Source: Octopus sinensis
Taxonomy: Eukaryota
DNA: 64,000 nt
NCBI RefSeq assembly: GCF_006345805.1
Contig: NC_043004.1
Location: forward strand, 10,664,001 to 10,728,000
Reading direction: 5' to 3'
Shown here: positions 51,296-64,000 of the stretch, piece after piece
Numbering within the stretch: position 1 is the stretch's first letter
Layout of the letters: each line of letters opens with the position of its first letter
Translations under genes and position numbers: made by a program
Notes under the pieces: model-generated
What the model was told of the DNA's origin: nothing
Seen by the model: the letters and a program-made list of their open reading frames with translations, nothing else
The model's database searches: none

Positions 51296-51689
51296 TTCTT
51301 TTGTAGTAATGAGAAAACATAACAATATCTCATACAATACTTTGGGAATACTTTCTTTGTCATAATGTTGGGCAATTTTGAAAAAGTTCAAAATTATCTT
51401 CATTTCACGAAACGGACCACACAACCCCACAACTTTTTTTGTGTCTCACTTCGTTTCACCCACTATCCAGTGGAGTATCAGAAAAAAGCAAAATCGTTGC
51501 ATTAAAGCATATAATTCATTGTTTCTTGGTTCTTCGTTCAAATTCTATGCTGTTTATCGTCTTTCTCATTTAGTATCAATTGCCTCGCACATTTCAGTCC
51601 CTGAACCAATGTAAGTAGACGTTTTAGAGAAAAGGGTACGATATGCAGACTAAAGAAATACTAATAAAATGAGGTATCATCCAGTGAGG

Positions 51690-52290
51690 CTGATTGCCCG
51701 GCCCAGCCTGACTACCTCTCTCTATCCCTCCCGATCTTCCATTTGCGTTTTTAGGTTTTCAACTTGGCATCCAACATCTTCTGAAAGCTGTTGTATATAC
51801 ATTTTCCGTGGTCTTCCGGCCGCTGTGGTACCATTATTTAATGTCCACAGCAGCACATTGCTCACAAGTTCTTTATTTCTCCAGCAGCGGCCAGCAAACC
51901 TCAATCTCCGCTCTTGGATGGGTGATGAGATAGTTGGTACATTCCCATATAAGCATTGTTTTGTTGGGTGCTCCATCCAAAAGATGTTGAGTACTGCACG
52001 TAACATTCTGGTGTAGGCACCGTCCAGCATGCACCTGAGTCTCTTAGTGAGTCCAAATCGGAGATCCATATACAAGCACAGATGCAACAACTGCTCTGAA
52101 GAACTTTCTTTTCAATTATTCAAACAGAACCCCTTGAAAAATGTCAACGAGTTTACTTACCTTGGCAGAAATATTGTTTCCACTGAAAAAGAAACTAAAC
52201 CGCGCGTGGCTTAGGCTTGGACAGCTATAGACGGTCTTAGAACAATATTGAAGATAAAGAAACACGTTAAGGCTATTTAACCCAAACTCT
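51690..52290 (-). mobile_element. RTE-X-like LINE 3' end with an inverted 5' segment
   Basis: Minus strand: VLVYGSPIWT/LTKRLRCMLDGAYTRMLRAVLNIFW...RRLRFAGRCWR...GRPRKMYIQQL. Plus strand 52080-52290: NVNEFTYLGRNIVSTEKE...AWTAIDGL, which lies upstream in a native RT. Confidence 0.75.
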
Positions 52291-52485
52291 TTAAGGCTTG
52301 GGTTAAAATCTTGGCGACGTTCATCAATTTGAACCCTCATTCTTTTCTATAGATAAAACATATATCTAACTTGTGGTTAGAGATCGATAAAATCAAATAG
52401 CAAAATTGGAAATGGTTGGCCTTGTGCCAGTCTAGAAAATCGTTATCACTACATTTACTATTGTACTGTATATTGTTACCATTTA

Positions 52486-52525
<40 letters not shown>

Positions 52526-53232
52526 CACACACACACATATATATATATATAGATGTGTATATATATTATTTGATCTTATTGCGATAGCGCTGTCATTTAC
52601 TCATCGATGTATTTGCATGCAGTGACAGTAAAATCTGATTGAATCGAATTCATTTTGTATCAATACATTTACTCTATCTCTTTCCGCGCTTCTTCATTCC
52701 TAACGATTTTAAGTCATCTCAACGATGATGACTCATCTCAAACGAACCATTTCTATTGATCGCAATAGGAACGCATAAATTTCATTACACTAAACATCAC
52801 GGAAACTAAAAGTGTGCTATTCGGAAATATATTTAAAGATGTATAAAGATTGATGGAGACTGAATCTCATTGGCAGATCGACGCGGGTAAGGGAGAGACA
52901 GTGCTCTCTGTCGTTTACTTCTCTGCATCCTGTTAAAACTCGGTTTTTGTGGTGAGAATAACAACTTAGAGCTATAAAGAAAAAGCTGCTTTAGTCTCCT
53001 GCAGGTTGGCGGATTTGCATATTAGTTTTCTTTTGACATTTGTTAAAAAATGCCTTCGAAAACTATAGGCGCTCTCACACACACACACAAGTGTATCTCT
53101 CTCTATATATGTATATATATATATATATAAAGTTAATCCAAACAAGAAAACACACACAAAAAACACAGCAACGCGAGAACGTGGAACAAATAAAGTATGA
53201 TTGGACGCTGAGGAAAGAAGGGAAGAAGGAGA

Positions 53233-53267
53233 GTTTAACGTTTCGAGCGGAGCTCTTCGTCGGAAAC
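53233..53267 (-). ncRNA. Minimal type I hammerhead candidate, U4C core
   Basis: GTTT-CCGACGA-A-GAGC(TCC)GCTC-GAA-ACGT-T-AAAC, inside a ~200-bp element (53130-53335) bounded by (TA)n. Confidence 0.65.
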
Positions 53268-53474
53268 AAAGGAGAAGGAAAGATCCGGAGAAGGGAAGAC
53301 AGAGGAAAAAAATTGCTGGCGGTGCTCACGAGGTCATATATTTATATATACATATGTATATATATATGTGTATATATGTATATATATATGTATGTGTATA
53401 TATGTATATATATATATATGTGTGTGTGTGTATATGTGTATATGTATATATGTATATATATATATATATGTGTA

Positions 53475-53534
<60 letters not shown>

Positions 53535-54016
53535 GGGAAAAAGTCAAGGTAGAAAATGCTTAAATAATCTTATAAAAAAAAACATTTCAGCACCGGTTTC
53601 AGTCATTGAAACTTTTTCAACTGTAAGTATGGAAAACAATTAAATTTTGGAAAAGTTAGAAGAAAAGTTTTTTAAAAGAATATTTGCATAGTTTTCAAAT
53701 ACAATTTTGCTGGATTGATGAAAAACACTAGATTGATATTGAGAAGAGCAGCTTCAGGATCATCACTTTCTACGAAAAGAGTATACATCATATCTCTTAA
53801 GGGCACCGTCAGCACAAAGAAAGTATAGTTAAGTGCTGGATACGCCCCTTAGTGAGGTGAGCGAAAAATAGAATTTAATCGATTGAAATTATATATAGAA
53901 CCAGAAATTCCTTCAGCCACATTAATTTTCGGTGTTATAGACATTACGAAAGCCATGTGAGATCTGCAATGGGTGCTGTTGTGAAATACCCAACACCTTT
54001 GCTGCACTATATATTA

Positions 54017-54061
<45 letters not shown>

Positions 54062-54541
54062 ATATATTTCTCTCTTCGCTCTTTTACGCCATTTGGTCTC
54101 ACTCTCCCCCCTCCTCATCTAACCTCCCCCCGACCCCTACTTCTCTTAAGTCCCTCATCCTTTCACCCCTACTCCTCTTCCCTTCTTCCCTCTTTCTTCT
54201 TCCCTCTTCCCCTTCCCCTTCTCCCCTCTCTCTCCCCTTACCCCCTCTTTCCCTCTCCCCTCATCTCCTCTCTCTTCACTACACCATACGACTTTACACA
54301 TCGCATCATATATACATACACACGTCCAGACCTCTCATACGCACTACATACTCTCTCACAGACACACACACTCTTATGTTGGGGCGAGGTCATTTAACCC
54401 TATTATCTCCCCTAATTTCCTTCTTGCGTCTCACGTTTGATCTTTGACTTCTGGCCGAAATCAGATCGCCATGTTGATTCGCTAGCCTCTGCACGCATTT
54501 TTTTTCTCTCCTTGTCTCTTTCTGTGTTTCCTTTCTGTGTA

Positions 54542-54579
54542 TCTTTCTGTTGAAGAGCGTAGGCTCGAAACGTAAAAGA
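54542..54579 (+). ncRNA. Minimal type I hammerhead candidate, A6U core
   Basis: TCTTT-CTGTTGA-A-GAGC(GTAG)GCTC-GAA-ACGT-A-AAAGA, inside an element (~54380-54686) ending in (TA)n. Confidence 0.65.
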
Positions 54580-54710
54580 CTTGTTTTATTTATATTCCTG
54601 AGCGCCATACTAATACAATTGTTTGTTTGTATTCCACCTGCCTTCGTCTTTTGTTTATTTTCATAAAGCTTCCCGTTATATATATATACAGATATACATA
54701 CATATATACA

Positions 54711-54925
54711 CGAGGAGCGGTTGAAATATCCCTGGCTATAAGGGTATCGCCGAGGGCCTGGTTTGAGGTCCAATCTTCCGAGTTCTTTTCCAACGCTTAG
54801 AAAAAAGGAAAGGCCGCTGCAACAAGTGAATGAATCTGAAGGGGGAATATGTTGAATAAAATCATAATTAACTGATTTTCCTGTATTTTCTTTTACACAA
54901 AGTGAAGAATTTTCCCCACGCCCTC
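54711..54925 (+). mobile_element. Mariner-derived MITE
   Basis: CGAGGAGCGGTTGAAA ... CCCTCG|TA; encodes KGRCNK*MNLKGEYVE*. Confidence 0.75.
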
Positions 54926-56012
54926 GTATCCATCGATCCCTTCCTTCCTCCCTCCCTCATCCATCCATCCATCCATCCATCCATCCATCCATCCATCCAT
55001 TCATCCATCCATCTATCTATCTATCTAAATCATTCATATACATGGACCACCCTCTGAGATAGGTACACCCCCTTTCTTTCTTTTTTTATTTCTTTATTCC
55101 TTTCTTTCTTTCTTTCTTTCTTTCTTTTTCTCTCTGCCTTCTATAGCTTTTTCTATGACGGTTTCTGATCCTCGGAACAATTTACCCCGACTCATGGCAT
55201 CTCTGTTCAAGTATTCCAGCTAACTTCATTTCTCCTTTTATCTCATATTACAGATTACCTTTCTAGATCCATCTTTAATTCAATCATTTTTTCGTAGATC
55301 CCCATACCCCGGAAATTACCTCTCTGTTAGTGCCTGACACTCAGGTGTTAACTTGCAAATATTTAGAGGAACGTTAAATGCATAATAAATCTCACAAATC
55401 CAGGAAGAACTGAAACGCCATTGATGTTGTACATTTCTCCAGAGCCTGCAAGTAAATATAACGACACTTAATACATTTTAACATTTATGTTTGTTCAAAA
55501 GTTATTCAACAATGGAAATATTTTTGTTCCATATCAATAGAAAATGTTGAAGTGAACGATGGCATAGACTGACTCATACAGAAATATATTTAGATTTTGG
55601 TAAGATAAAACAGGAAAGCAAGTTCGCAGAACAATTCAAAACTGAATAAATAATACGAAATGTGTGTAAGGTCACCAGACCAGAACAAATTTTGCGGTGA
55701 GGAGAAAACATTCACATTGTATTTTTAGAAAAATATTTCATAACGTATATAGTGCCCAGAAAGTGTATATGACAAAACATGTAATCTTTATCATTTTACA
55801 ACGGACGCTGTGTAGATATTCACTGTAGAGGGCTAAAGTGGAGAACATGCGGTTTTAAGGTTGCATGCACATTGTCAATGTTCAAGTGCAGCATTCTAAA
55901 AGTATAGGTAGAATGAGAAGTCGTATATTTTGCAGTATATTTTGTTACTATATTTTTTATTAAATCCTTCGATTCAGCTTTTTCAAGCATACTTAAACCT
56001 CTTGTTCTACAC

Positions 56013-56082
<70 letters not shown>

Positions 56083-56112
56083 TATAATATATATACATAC
56101 ATATACATATAT

Positions 56113-56335
56113 ATTATTTCTTTATTGCCCACAAGGGGCTAAACATAGAGGGGACAAACAATGACAGATAAGCTTATTAAGTCCGATTATTCGACTCCAG
56201 TGCGTACTGGCACATAATTTATCGACCCCGAAGGGATGAAAGGCAAAGTCGACCTCGGCGAAGTTTGAACTCAGAACGTAACGGCAGACGAAATACGGCT
56301 CCGCATTTCGCCCGGCGTGCTAACGTTTCTGCCAA
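56113..56335 (-). mobile_element. SINE-A, tail type 1
   Basis: Head, core and tail are present on the minus strand. Confidence 0.85.
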
Positions 56336-56836
56336 TACAGTGAAGTATATTTGGCACCTAAATGTGACTAACCCTTAATGGTTGATGCTACTGTCGTTTC
56401 TAGCCCCAGGAAGACCTCTCATTCAGTTGGCTATTGACACACTTTCTGTGCCCTATCAGTATTTGCAAAGGGAAGTCATCCTTCCCATCTCCAGCCAGAT
56501 TTGATACTCACCGACCTGAGTTACTGGGTATTGACCCGTCATCAATGTGTGACATAACATAGCCACTGGCGATGTGAAGTAGTTCCCAATGCAAAATATA
56601 TATATATATATATACTTTTTTCCAGTGACGGAAAGTCACTGATCTCGATTTATATATATATATATATATGTATACAAATATATTATATATATATATATGT
56701 GTGTATATATGTATACATGTGTATATATTTATACATATGCATATATTTATATATATATATGTATATATATATATGTATACATATGTGTATATATATATAT
56801 ACATGTGTGGGTACATATGTATATACATATTTATAC

Positions 56837-56882
<46 letters not shown>

Positions 56883-57465
56883 TCATATTTACATGTATAC
56901 ATATATATATGTATACATTTGCATATATATCTTTTATCTTCTACCTTTTAATGTTTATATATCATTATCTATATGCTATTATGTTAAACTGCCTACGTCC
57001 AAGTTTGGTCAAATGCTTTTCTTTTTCAATATTTATTTTTGCTTGTAATAGCCCGTTCTTTCGGTCAAACTATCGTAATTCCAGCTGCTTCATGTGCCAA
57101 GGTATAAAAAAAATGTCAAAGTGCAGTACAACTGTTTGGCTATGGAATGGTGACCGCTATCTTTTCGTTTTCTGAAGAAGCAACGTTTTGGACTTAGAAC
57201 ACTTTTGAATAATAGCAACGATATAGACACATACATATATATATGTATGTATATGTCTATGTATATACATATAATCACTTTGAGGTTGCTAATTCTGAAA
57301 CCCGAAATTTCTATTTTTTTCACACTCCCTCCTAAATAATGTTTAATTTAATATCATGTAATATAATGTAATATGATGTATATATATTAATATAACACCA
57401 TATATATATTATATATTATATATATATATATGTATATCACAACTCGTGTTCCACATCTCCTTTTT

Positions 57466-57503
<38 letters not shown>

Positions 57504-59704
57504 CATGTTCAAAAGGATCCTGACAAATGACAATTGAGCTCAATGTAAGCTTTTTGTCATAAAATGGTTCACTACATCTAAGATTCTAGAGTAGGAGATA
57601 AAATATTTTATCTTTAAATGTTCTTGCTGCTGTTTAGCTTCATGTCCGCCTGTTGAACTATGCTCAAATACATTTCAATTCTAAATATCACGTGTTTGTA
57701 GAGATAACTTGGACTCTCAAACCCAAAGTGTCCTTTCTTTACTTAGAATAAATGTTTGGGCGTATGTAAAATTTTTACCGCTGTTTCTAGCAAGGCGAGT
57801 GACCTTGCATGTCTGTCCTCAAATCCATACTCGGAGAAAAACGAATGGATGAAAAACCACACAATATAGAGTAGTTTGAAAGACAAAAGCATGCATGAGA
57901 ATGTTAGAGATAAAACGGCCTTGAACAAACCATTACTGTTCTGAGAAATTGGGTTGTAGTAAAGTTAATTCTAATCTCGAACGTTCAGTATAATAATTAT
58001 TAGTCTTCAAGTTTCAGCTTAACTTAAAGGAGAAAAATATTGGATCCGAAATCGATGTTTACTTCGAAGAAAATTTTAAGAGCTCCGAGATGTTGATGAG
58101 AATTTACAAACAGCACGAATAGACTGAACATGATATTGCTGCCATAATTTGAGAAGGCAGTTCAGAGGGTTAAGGTTATATAATAGTGCTTATTGATTGG
58201 ATTTTATCGTTACATTATACGAATGTCGTTTATTTTTATGTGTGACTCTACTAAACTTAAACAATCATCACCAAAATCAACATCATCATCATCCGCATCG
58301 TCTACATCATCAAAACTACAACTATTAATATCACATTATCATCGTCATCGTCATCAGAAGCACGACCTGAAGCATTACTATCTGTTTATTACAATATTTA
58401 TTCAATAGCTCCAATGGAAATTTGTGGTGCAATATATGTTGTAATAAAGAAAACCCTATATCGTAACAAGGCCTGCTAGAAATAATTGCCTGAGGTCTTA
58501 TCTTACCATTTTAAGTAAGAACAGAGAACAATAGGCTGTTTAGTCCGGCACAGCTACAAAAACAAACCTGGGGCGCGCCTAGCACATCCTCCGATCATAT
58601 TTCTGTTTATGAGTATTGGGTTGTTTATAGGGCTAAACAACTTTGATAAACACTAGGAAATGATGGAGCGAGTCTCAACACCGTTGCTGTCACTAGTAAT
58701 AGAAATAGTAGCCGAATCTCCTCCAAATTCACAATGTATCGTCCTAAAGAGAGAAGGACATATAGATAGTGTGATCATAGATAAAAGTAAAAAGAAGACA
58801 TGGGTTATTTACGAAAGAAACTCCTGTACGTGTGTACCTAGGTCTGCATTATCAAATGTGTTCTTTCTTGACAGTCGTTTCTGAACTAGGTGAGATTTGG
58901 CAGCTCTTTCTACCAGGTATTGCAACTTATAGATACTACCTCGTTGACTGACTTTGAACTAAGTTGAGTGCCCAAGGATAGTTATCTAGTGAACCAATTA
59001 TTGTTGGCATGATTTTCACTCCCACGCCTTCAGCTTGCTTATTTCAATTTCAATTTTCCGGAAGACACCATAATATTTACGACACTTCACATTTACAACT
59101 TTACATTTCAATACGATGGATCTTGGCAGGTCAAATACTCACCTTATTAGTCTGAATAAACTTGCCCCAGAAGTACTATAGTTATGTTATTGTTATCGAG
59201 TAAATTTCATGCATCTTTATAGAAATTATCTAAATTTCGATACAAAATTTGTACGAATTTTGTTATGATCATTATTACTATCTAGTTATAGCTATGTATA
59301 TATTCCTTTGAAGGGGATAGTAAACATACATTAAGCTGGAAAGGTTTCTGTGATTGCGTTCCTTCTCCTAAAAGATGATATTCAACTTTATCAGAGTTTA
59401 GTTCCTGTTATTGGGTTCATTTGAAAGGGTTCCGATTGAAAGGGTTCCGATTGCGATAGTGAAACTGAAGTAAAAGTTGACTCCAAGGTATCTATTCCTC
59501 AGAAAGGTTAGACCGTGGTTGTGTATGCCAAGAACAATCTCGTTACACAAACAGACACACATACACACACACACAGACACACACACACATATGTGCACAC
59601 TTACATATGTGCACACTTACATAAAACTATATATTGATGCCTTGCCTCGACTTTCAATTTGATTACAATTTAGCGTCTGTGTTACAGGGGCTTGCGTAAC
59701 TTTT

Positions 59705-60350
59705 TACTGGGTTCCCTGTGGGACTCCGCTGAGAATTGGTGTCTCTTCAGAGTGAGCACCATTGGCTACAACTGTCTTACTCCAGCCCTTCAGAAAATCA
59801 TGCAGCCACTCTTCCAGTTACCCAGTAATAGCAAGGTTTCGCTCATGCCATAATTAAATTTGTGGAAAGCCTTGGTAACGTCGTGGTATATCACGTCTAC
59901 GGCTGACTGGTTTCGCTGTTGCTTCAGTACCCAGTCAAAGTGCTGCAGCAACTGTGTGAGGCAGCTCCTCCCTGGACGAAAGCCATGTTGCGTGTTTGTG
60001 AGAAGGTTGGTTTCTTCTAGGAACATGATCAGCCTTGTTCTGATAATGCATTCCATTGTCTTGCTAACATGTGAGGTCAGAGAGATGAGCCTGTAGTTTT
60101 TAGCATCTGTTCTACTGTCTCCTTTGTGGACATGGTATATTATACCCTCTTTTAGCATGTTGAGAAGTTTACCACATGCAAGGAAACTCTGAAAGAGTAT
60201 CTGCAGTGGCTTTGCAAGCGCCTTTTCACATGTCTTTAAGAGAGCAGCTGAGAGTCCATCTGGGCCTGTAGCTGAGTTCGATCTCATCTCATCAATGGCC
60301 GATATTACATCCTCTTCTGTTATGTTGATGTAATCGATAGTTGCCTCTTT
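59705..60350 (-). mobile_element. CR1-clade LINE RT fragment
   Basis: SATGPDGL, NYRLISLTSHVSKTME, QHGFRPGRSCLTQLL, DVIYHDVTKAF and, in a shifted frame, SGVPQGT. Confidence 0.85.
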
Positions 60351-60687
60351 TCTGAATACATTGAAAAACTCCTTCGGGTTGTATTTCGTGTGTGTACGAA
60401 TGCACTGAAGCAAGCGGCGTCTTTTATAGAGATTCATGTGCATTTTGATGTGGTTTCAGGTGCCTTTTCCTTAGCTTTTATTGTTGATGTATGATCTACC
60501 TGAGATCAAACGTAATACACGATTGTGTAACGTTGCTTGCGGAACGTTAAACATTGCATTAATTATTGGGTATGATAGTACGGTCTTCTGGAAATACCTT
60601 TAGTGTCAAAATAGATATATAGAACACATTACATTGAGTTGTCCGCAAAGATCGTGCCGATTTATAGTAGCTTACCTTTCGTCTTAT

Positions 60688-61110
60688 ATTAGAACATGGT
60701 TGAGTCCATAAAATAGGATTTGACTATACCTCCATTTAGAGAACAGTTTAAGCTATCTTTTCGTGGAAGAAGGTTTATGTTCCTATAGCTTGTGTTAATT
60801 CTTCAACCCTTTAAAATGGAAGATAAGAAAGTTCATTTTCGGCACTTGATGTTTTGGGAACCAGATAAAAATTGCTGCAGCTCGCCTGGGATGTGTTACC
60901 CCACCCTCCATATTCACCAGATTTCGCTCCTTCGGATTTCCACTTATACAGATCTCTGCAGAATAGTCTTAATAGTAAAAATTTCAATTCCTTGCATGAC
61001 GTAAAAAGATACCTTGATGAATTCTTTGCTATGAAATCACCTCAAATCTGGGAAGAGGGTATCTTCAAGTTAAAGGAGAGATGAAGACACATTGTGCAAC
61101 AAAATGGCCG
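60688..61110 (+). mobile_element. Internally deleted mariner (DD34D-type)
   Basis: The N-terminus MEDKKVHFRHLMF is joined directly to the C-terminal LAWDVLPHPPYSPDFAPSDFHLYRSLQN...EEGIFKLKER*RHIVQQNG. Confidence 0.8.
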
Positions 61111-62369
61111 TACTATAGACAATTCCTTCCAGGAAGACAGGGTAAGAGATAGGTAGATAGATTGATAGATGGATAGACGGAGAGAGAGAGAGAGAGAGGG
61201 ATGCAGAACGGAAGGGACAACGATAAAATACAAGGGAATTTATCCTAGTAGTGTACCGAAACCGAAAGGATGCAAAGCAAATTTAACCCCTCATGTATTT
61301 GAACTCACTATGCACAGGACCGGAACGAATGACGCAACGGAATCCACCCAATGTTGTTACAACACAGTCAGATAATGTCCATGTTAATTATAACATATCA
61401 TAATATAAATCTTTAAGTTACTATTGGTGTTTGTATACATAAAAAAAAATATCTGGTAAAAAACAGTGTGACGTCAATTTATTTGCAGTATATAGTTTCG
61501 TAGCAAGATTATTATTATTTGAAAAGACATGGTATTTTATACCATTTTTTTTCTTCATCTTGCAATCTTCAAAATAAACGAAAGTGTCCAATATTTCCGT
61601 TACGTTTCCCGTATGATTCATTCACTTTAAAGATGTTTCGGTGAATTTGGTATTCTGTGGACTCTATCACATTTTATCTGTATATCACGCTTCGGTTTCG
61701 AATATAAACTCAAAAGACGATGAATAACATGATTCATAGAAGAACATTTTATAAACACCCCCCCCCCACACACACAGACACACTTTCTCTTCAACTGTGC
61801 GTATATGCAAGCCTATACACACATATATCCGCATGCACAATGTTCATATATAATAGACACGCACATATGTATACATACATGTATATATACAACACACAAC
61901 ACCACCACACATATATATAATATTATATATATATATATATATATATAATAAAACACAAATATAGTATATATGCATCCATATATAAAACTATATAACACAC
62001 ATTTACATATATATATATATATATACACACGCGCATATATATTCATACATACACACATAGATACATACATACACACACATATAAACATACTTCACCAAAT
62101 ACCTAATTAGATAATTGAATTAAATAAAAAAAGAAACGAGGTAACCCAAATGATTTCCGTATGTAATGTGTTATGTTACTCAAGTAACCGCAAATGGTAT
62201 AAATCAAGATGTATTACAAGTATGTAATTATATATTTAGTTCTGATTACCTCAATGAAAAACTGTTGAACAGAAAGCGTGGACTATATATGAAATTTGTG
62301 CTTTCGGCAATCACTTTGAAATGTGTTACCTTCAAGATATTTTAGCCGATTATATATGTATATATATAT

Positions 62370-62433
<64 letters not shown>

Positions 62434-62505
62434 ATACAGTTGAAAGTTACTGTAAAGAAAATACGAAGACAAGTGAAGAACAGCAAGCAGGGAGGGATGG
62501 GAAAG

Positions 62506-62543
62506 TCTTTGACGTTTCGAGCATACGCTATTCGATAGAAGGG
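62506..62543 (-). ncRNA. Degenerate minimal hammerhead, same family as 54542
   Basis: CCCTT-CTATCGA-A-TAGC(GTAT)GCTC-GAA-ACGT-C-AAAGA. Its 3' flank CACTTGTCTTCGT resembles CACCTGCCTTCGT of the 54380 element. Confidence 0.55.
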
Positions 62544-62851
62544 ATAGAGAGAAAAAGAAATCGGGAGAACGGATAGGGAATGAAAAAAATACGGATATGT
62601 GTGTGTGTGGTGTGTATGTGTGTGTGGTGTGTATGTGTTGTGGTGTGTATGTGTGTGTGTAATGTATATATATTATATATATATATATATCAAATGTGAG
62701 GATAAAATCTTTTTCGAAAAAATATTTTCTCGAAAAAAATTTTATCAATTCTATTTTGGATGTATCTGGGGTACTTAGTTGTGCCCGTGACTTAGTATTT
62801 GCTTCTTCCATGGGTATGAGTAAGTATCTCATTTATTTCTTTTGCCACATG

Positions 62852-62909
62852 TGTCACTGACGAAGAGAGGGCTCTTAGTAGCTAACTCTGAAATCGGTCC
62901 GATATGGTA
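62852..62909 (+). ncRNA. Type I hammerhead ribozyme, canonical core
   Basis: Stem I TGTCA/TGGTA (two G-U pairs); CTGACGA (62857-63); stem II AGAG/CTCT with inner GGCT/AGCT; GAA; stem III ATCG(GTC)CGAT; A17 = 62904. It sits in a ~360-bp element (62690-63052) flanked by (TA)n. Confidence 0.75.
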
Positions 62910-63056
62910 ATAATGGAATTTTTTAGAAATTTCTGTCGACCTTTTTTCGAGTAGCGTGCGTACTGTGAAAAAATTATATGGTTAATGACAATATGTCCAA
63001 TTTTTCGGCATATTTGGCATTAGAATTTTTTTCCTTTACCCTCATTTATGAATTAT

Positions 63057-63132
<76 letters not shown>

Positions 63133-63225
63133 TATATATATAATAAGTCACTCGATATGCAAGTACATCTCCATATATATATATATATTATATATTATAT
63201 ATATATATATATATATGTAAAGAGT

Positions 63226-63480
63226 AAAAAGTTTTGAATGTACAACAATGCACTATAATACAGACAATGGGCTATATACCTGTTTAAATTTAATCATCCA
63301 TAATCTGATAGGATATTTCGGAATAATATTCCTTCTTCAGATATTCTTAGATTGAGTTACTGCTATAATATCTAAGAATATCTGAAGAAGGAATATTATT
63401 CTGAAATATTACTAAATTACAACAGGTATATAGCCCATTGTCTGTATTACAGTGCATTGTTGTACCATTCAAAACTTTTT
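63226..63480. repeat. Fold-back (inverted duplication) with hammerhead-like cores near its centre
   Basis: Arms ~63226-63352 and 63370-63480. Each arm has CTGAAGA-A-GGAAT(ATT)ATTCC/ATTCT-GAAATAT; stem I is not evident. Confidence 0.85.
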
Positions 63481-63894
63481 ATTTTTTATAAATATTGCAC
63501 AATGCTTCAAGCGAAGTACAATACTCTCCTATATATATATATATATATAGTGACGAAAAGTTACTGGAAAAACGATATAAGGATTTGCATTGGGACTCCC
63601 TTCATCGACAAACTATGATCTCCTGGACATTGACAGATGAGGAACCAGTTGCGAGTTTTCCTTGTATTATGGTTTTGTCAAATTTTCTATTTGTTGTGTC
63701 CTTTTTATCTAATATTTGACGCACACACACACGCACACCCATGCACGCGCACACGCACGTACACATATGTATATAAATATTTGTGTGGATGTAAAACATG
63801 AATATAAATATAATTCACACTCACATACACATACACACACGAACCTACACACGTGCACACATATTCATGATATATATACTTACAAAAATATATT

Positions 63895-64000
63895 CTTTTA
63901 TTTGTTTCAGTCATTTGATTGTGCCATGCTGGAGCACTGCCTTTAGTCGAACAAATCGACATCAGGACTTATTCTCGGTAAGCTTATCACTTATTCTATT
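63895..64000 (-). mobile_element. SINE-B 3' part (runs off the window)
   Basis: Tail ...TTGTTTCAGTCATTTGATTGTGCCATGCTGGAGCAC. Confidence 0.85.

Overview
AT-rich, non-coding eukaryotic DNA dense in microsatellites and transposons, with a 100-N gap at 5241-5340. The SINE repertoire suggests a cephalopod (Octopus-like) genome; this is an inference. I see no intact host protein-coding gene, CRISPR array or intact transposon ORF, and most short ORFs in the track are microsatellite artefacts. The window holds four tRNA-headed SINE types, my labels being A (stack-forming), B (CORE-like with an internal microsatellite), C and V-like. It also holds decayed LINEs (Tx1/L1, CR1, RTE, RTE-X, an R4/Dong-like RLE fragment), decayed Tc1/mariner elements and MITEs, two non-autonomous Helitrons, and a solitary 5S rRNA copy. 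Two systems stand out. (1) About ten type I hammerhead ribozyme motifs lie in small Penelope-like elements next to (TA)n tracts, several in fold-back form. They include a canonical GUC ribozyme facing its inverted twin, a G3-C8 covariant core, and U4C and A6U core variants. (2) ORF1-only (HAL1-like) Tx1/L1 elements are nested at one site, AAGAAGCTTGCTTCC, in the SINE-B tRNA head. Their 3' end resembles the tail of SINE-A, which forms head-to-tail stacks with recurrent junctions. All analysis is by eye; ribozyme activity and novelty are untested, and SINE boundaries are approximate.
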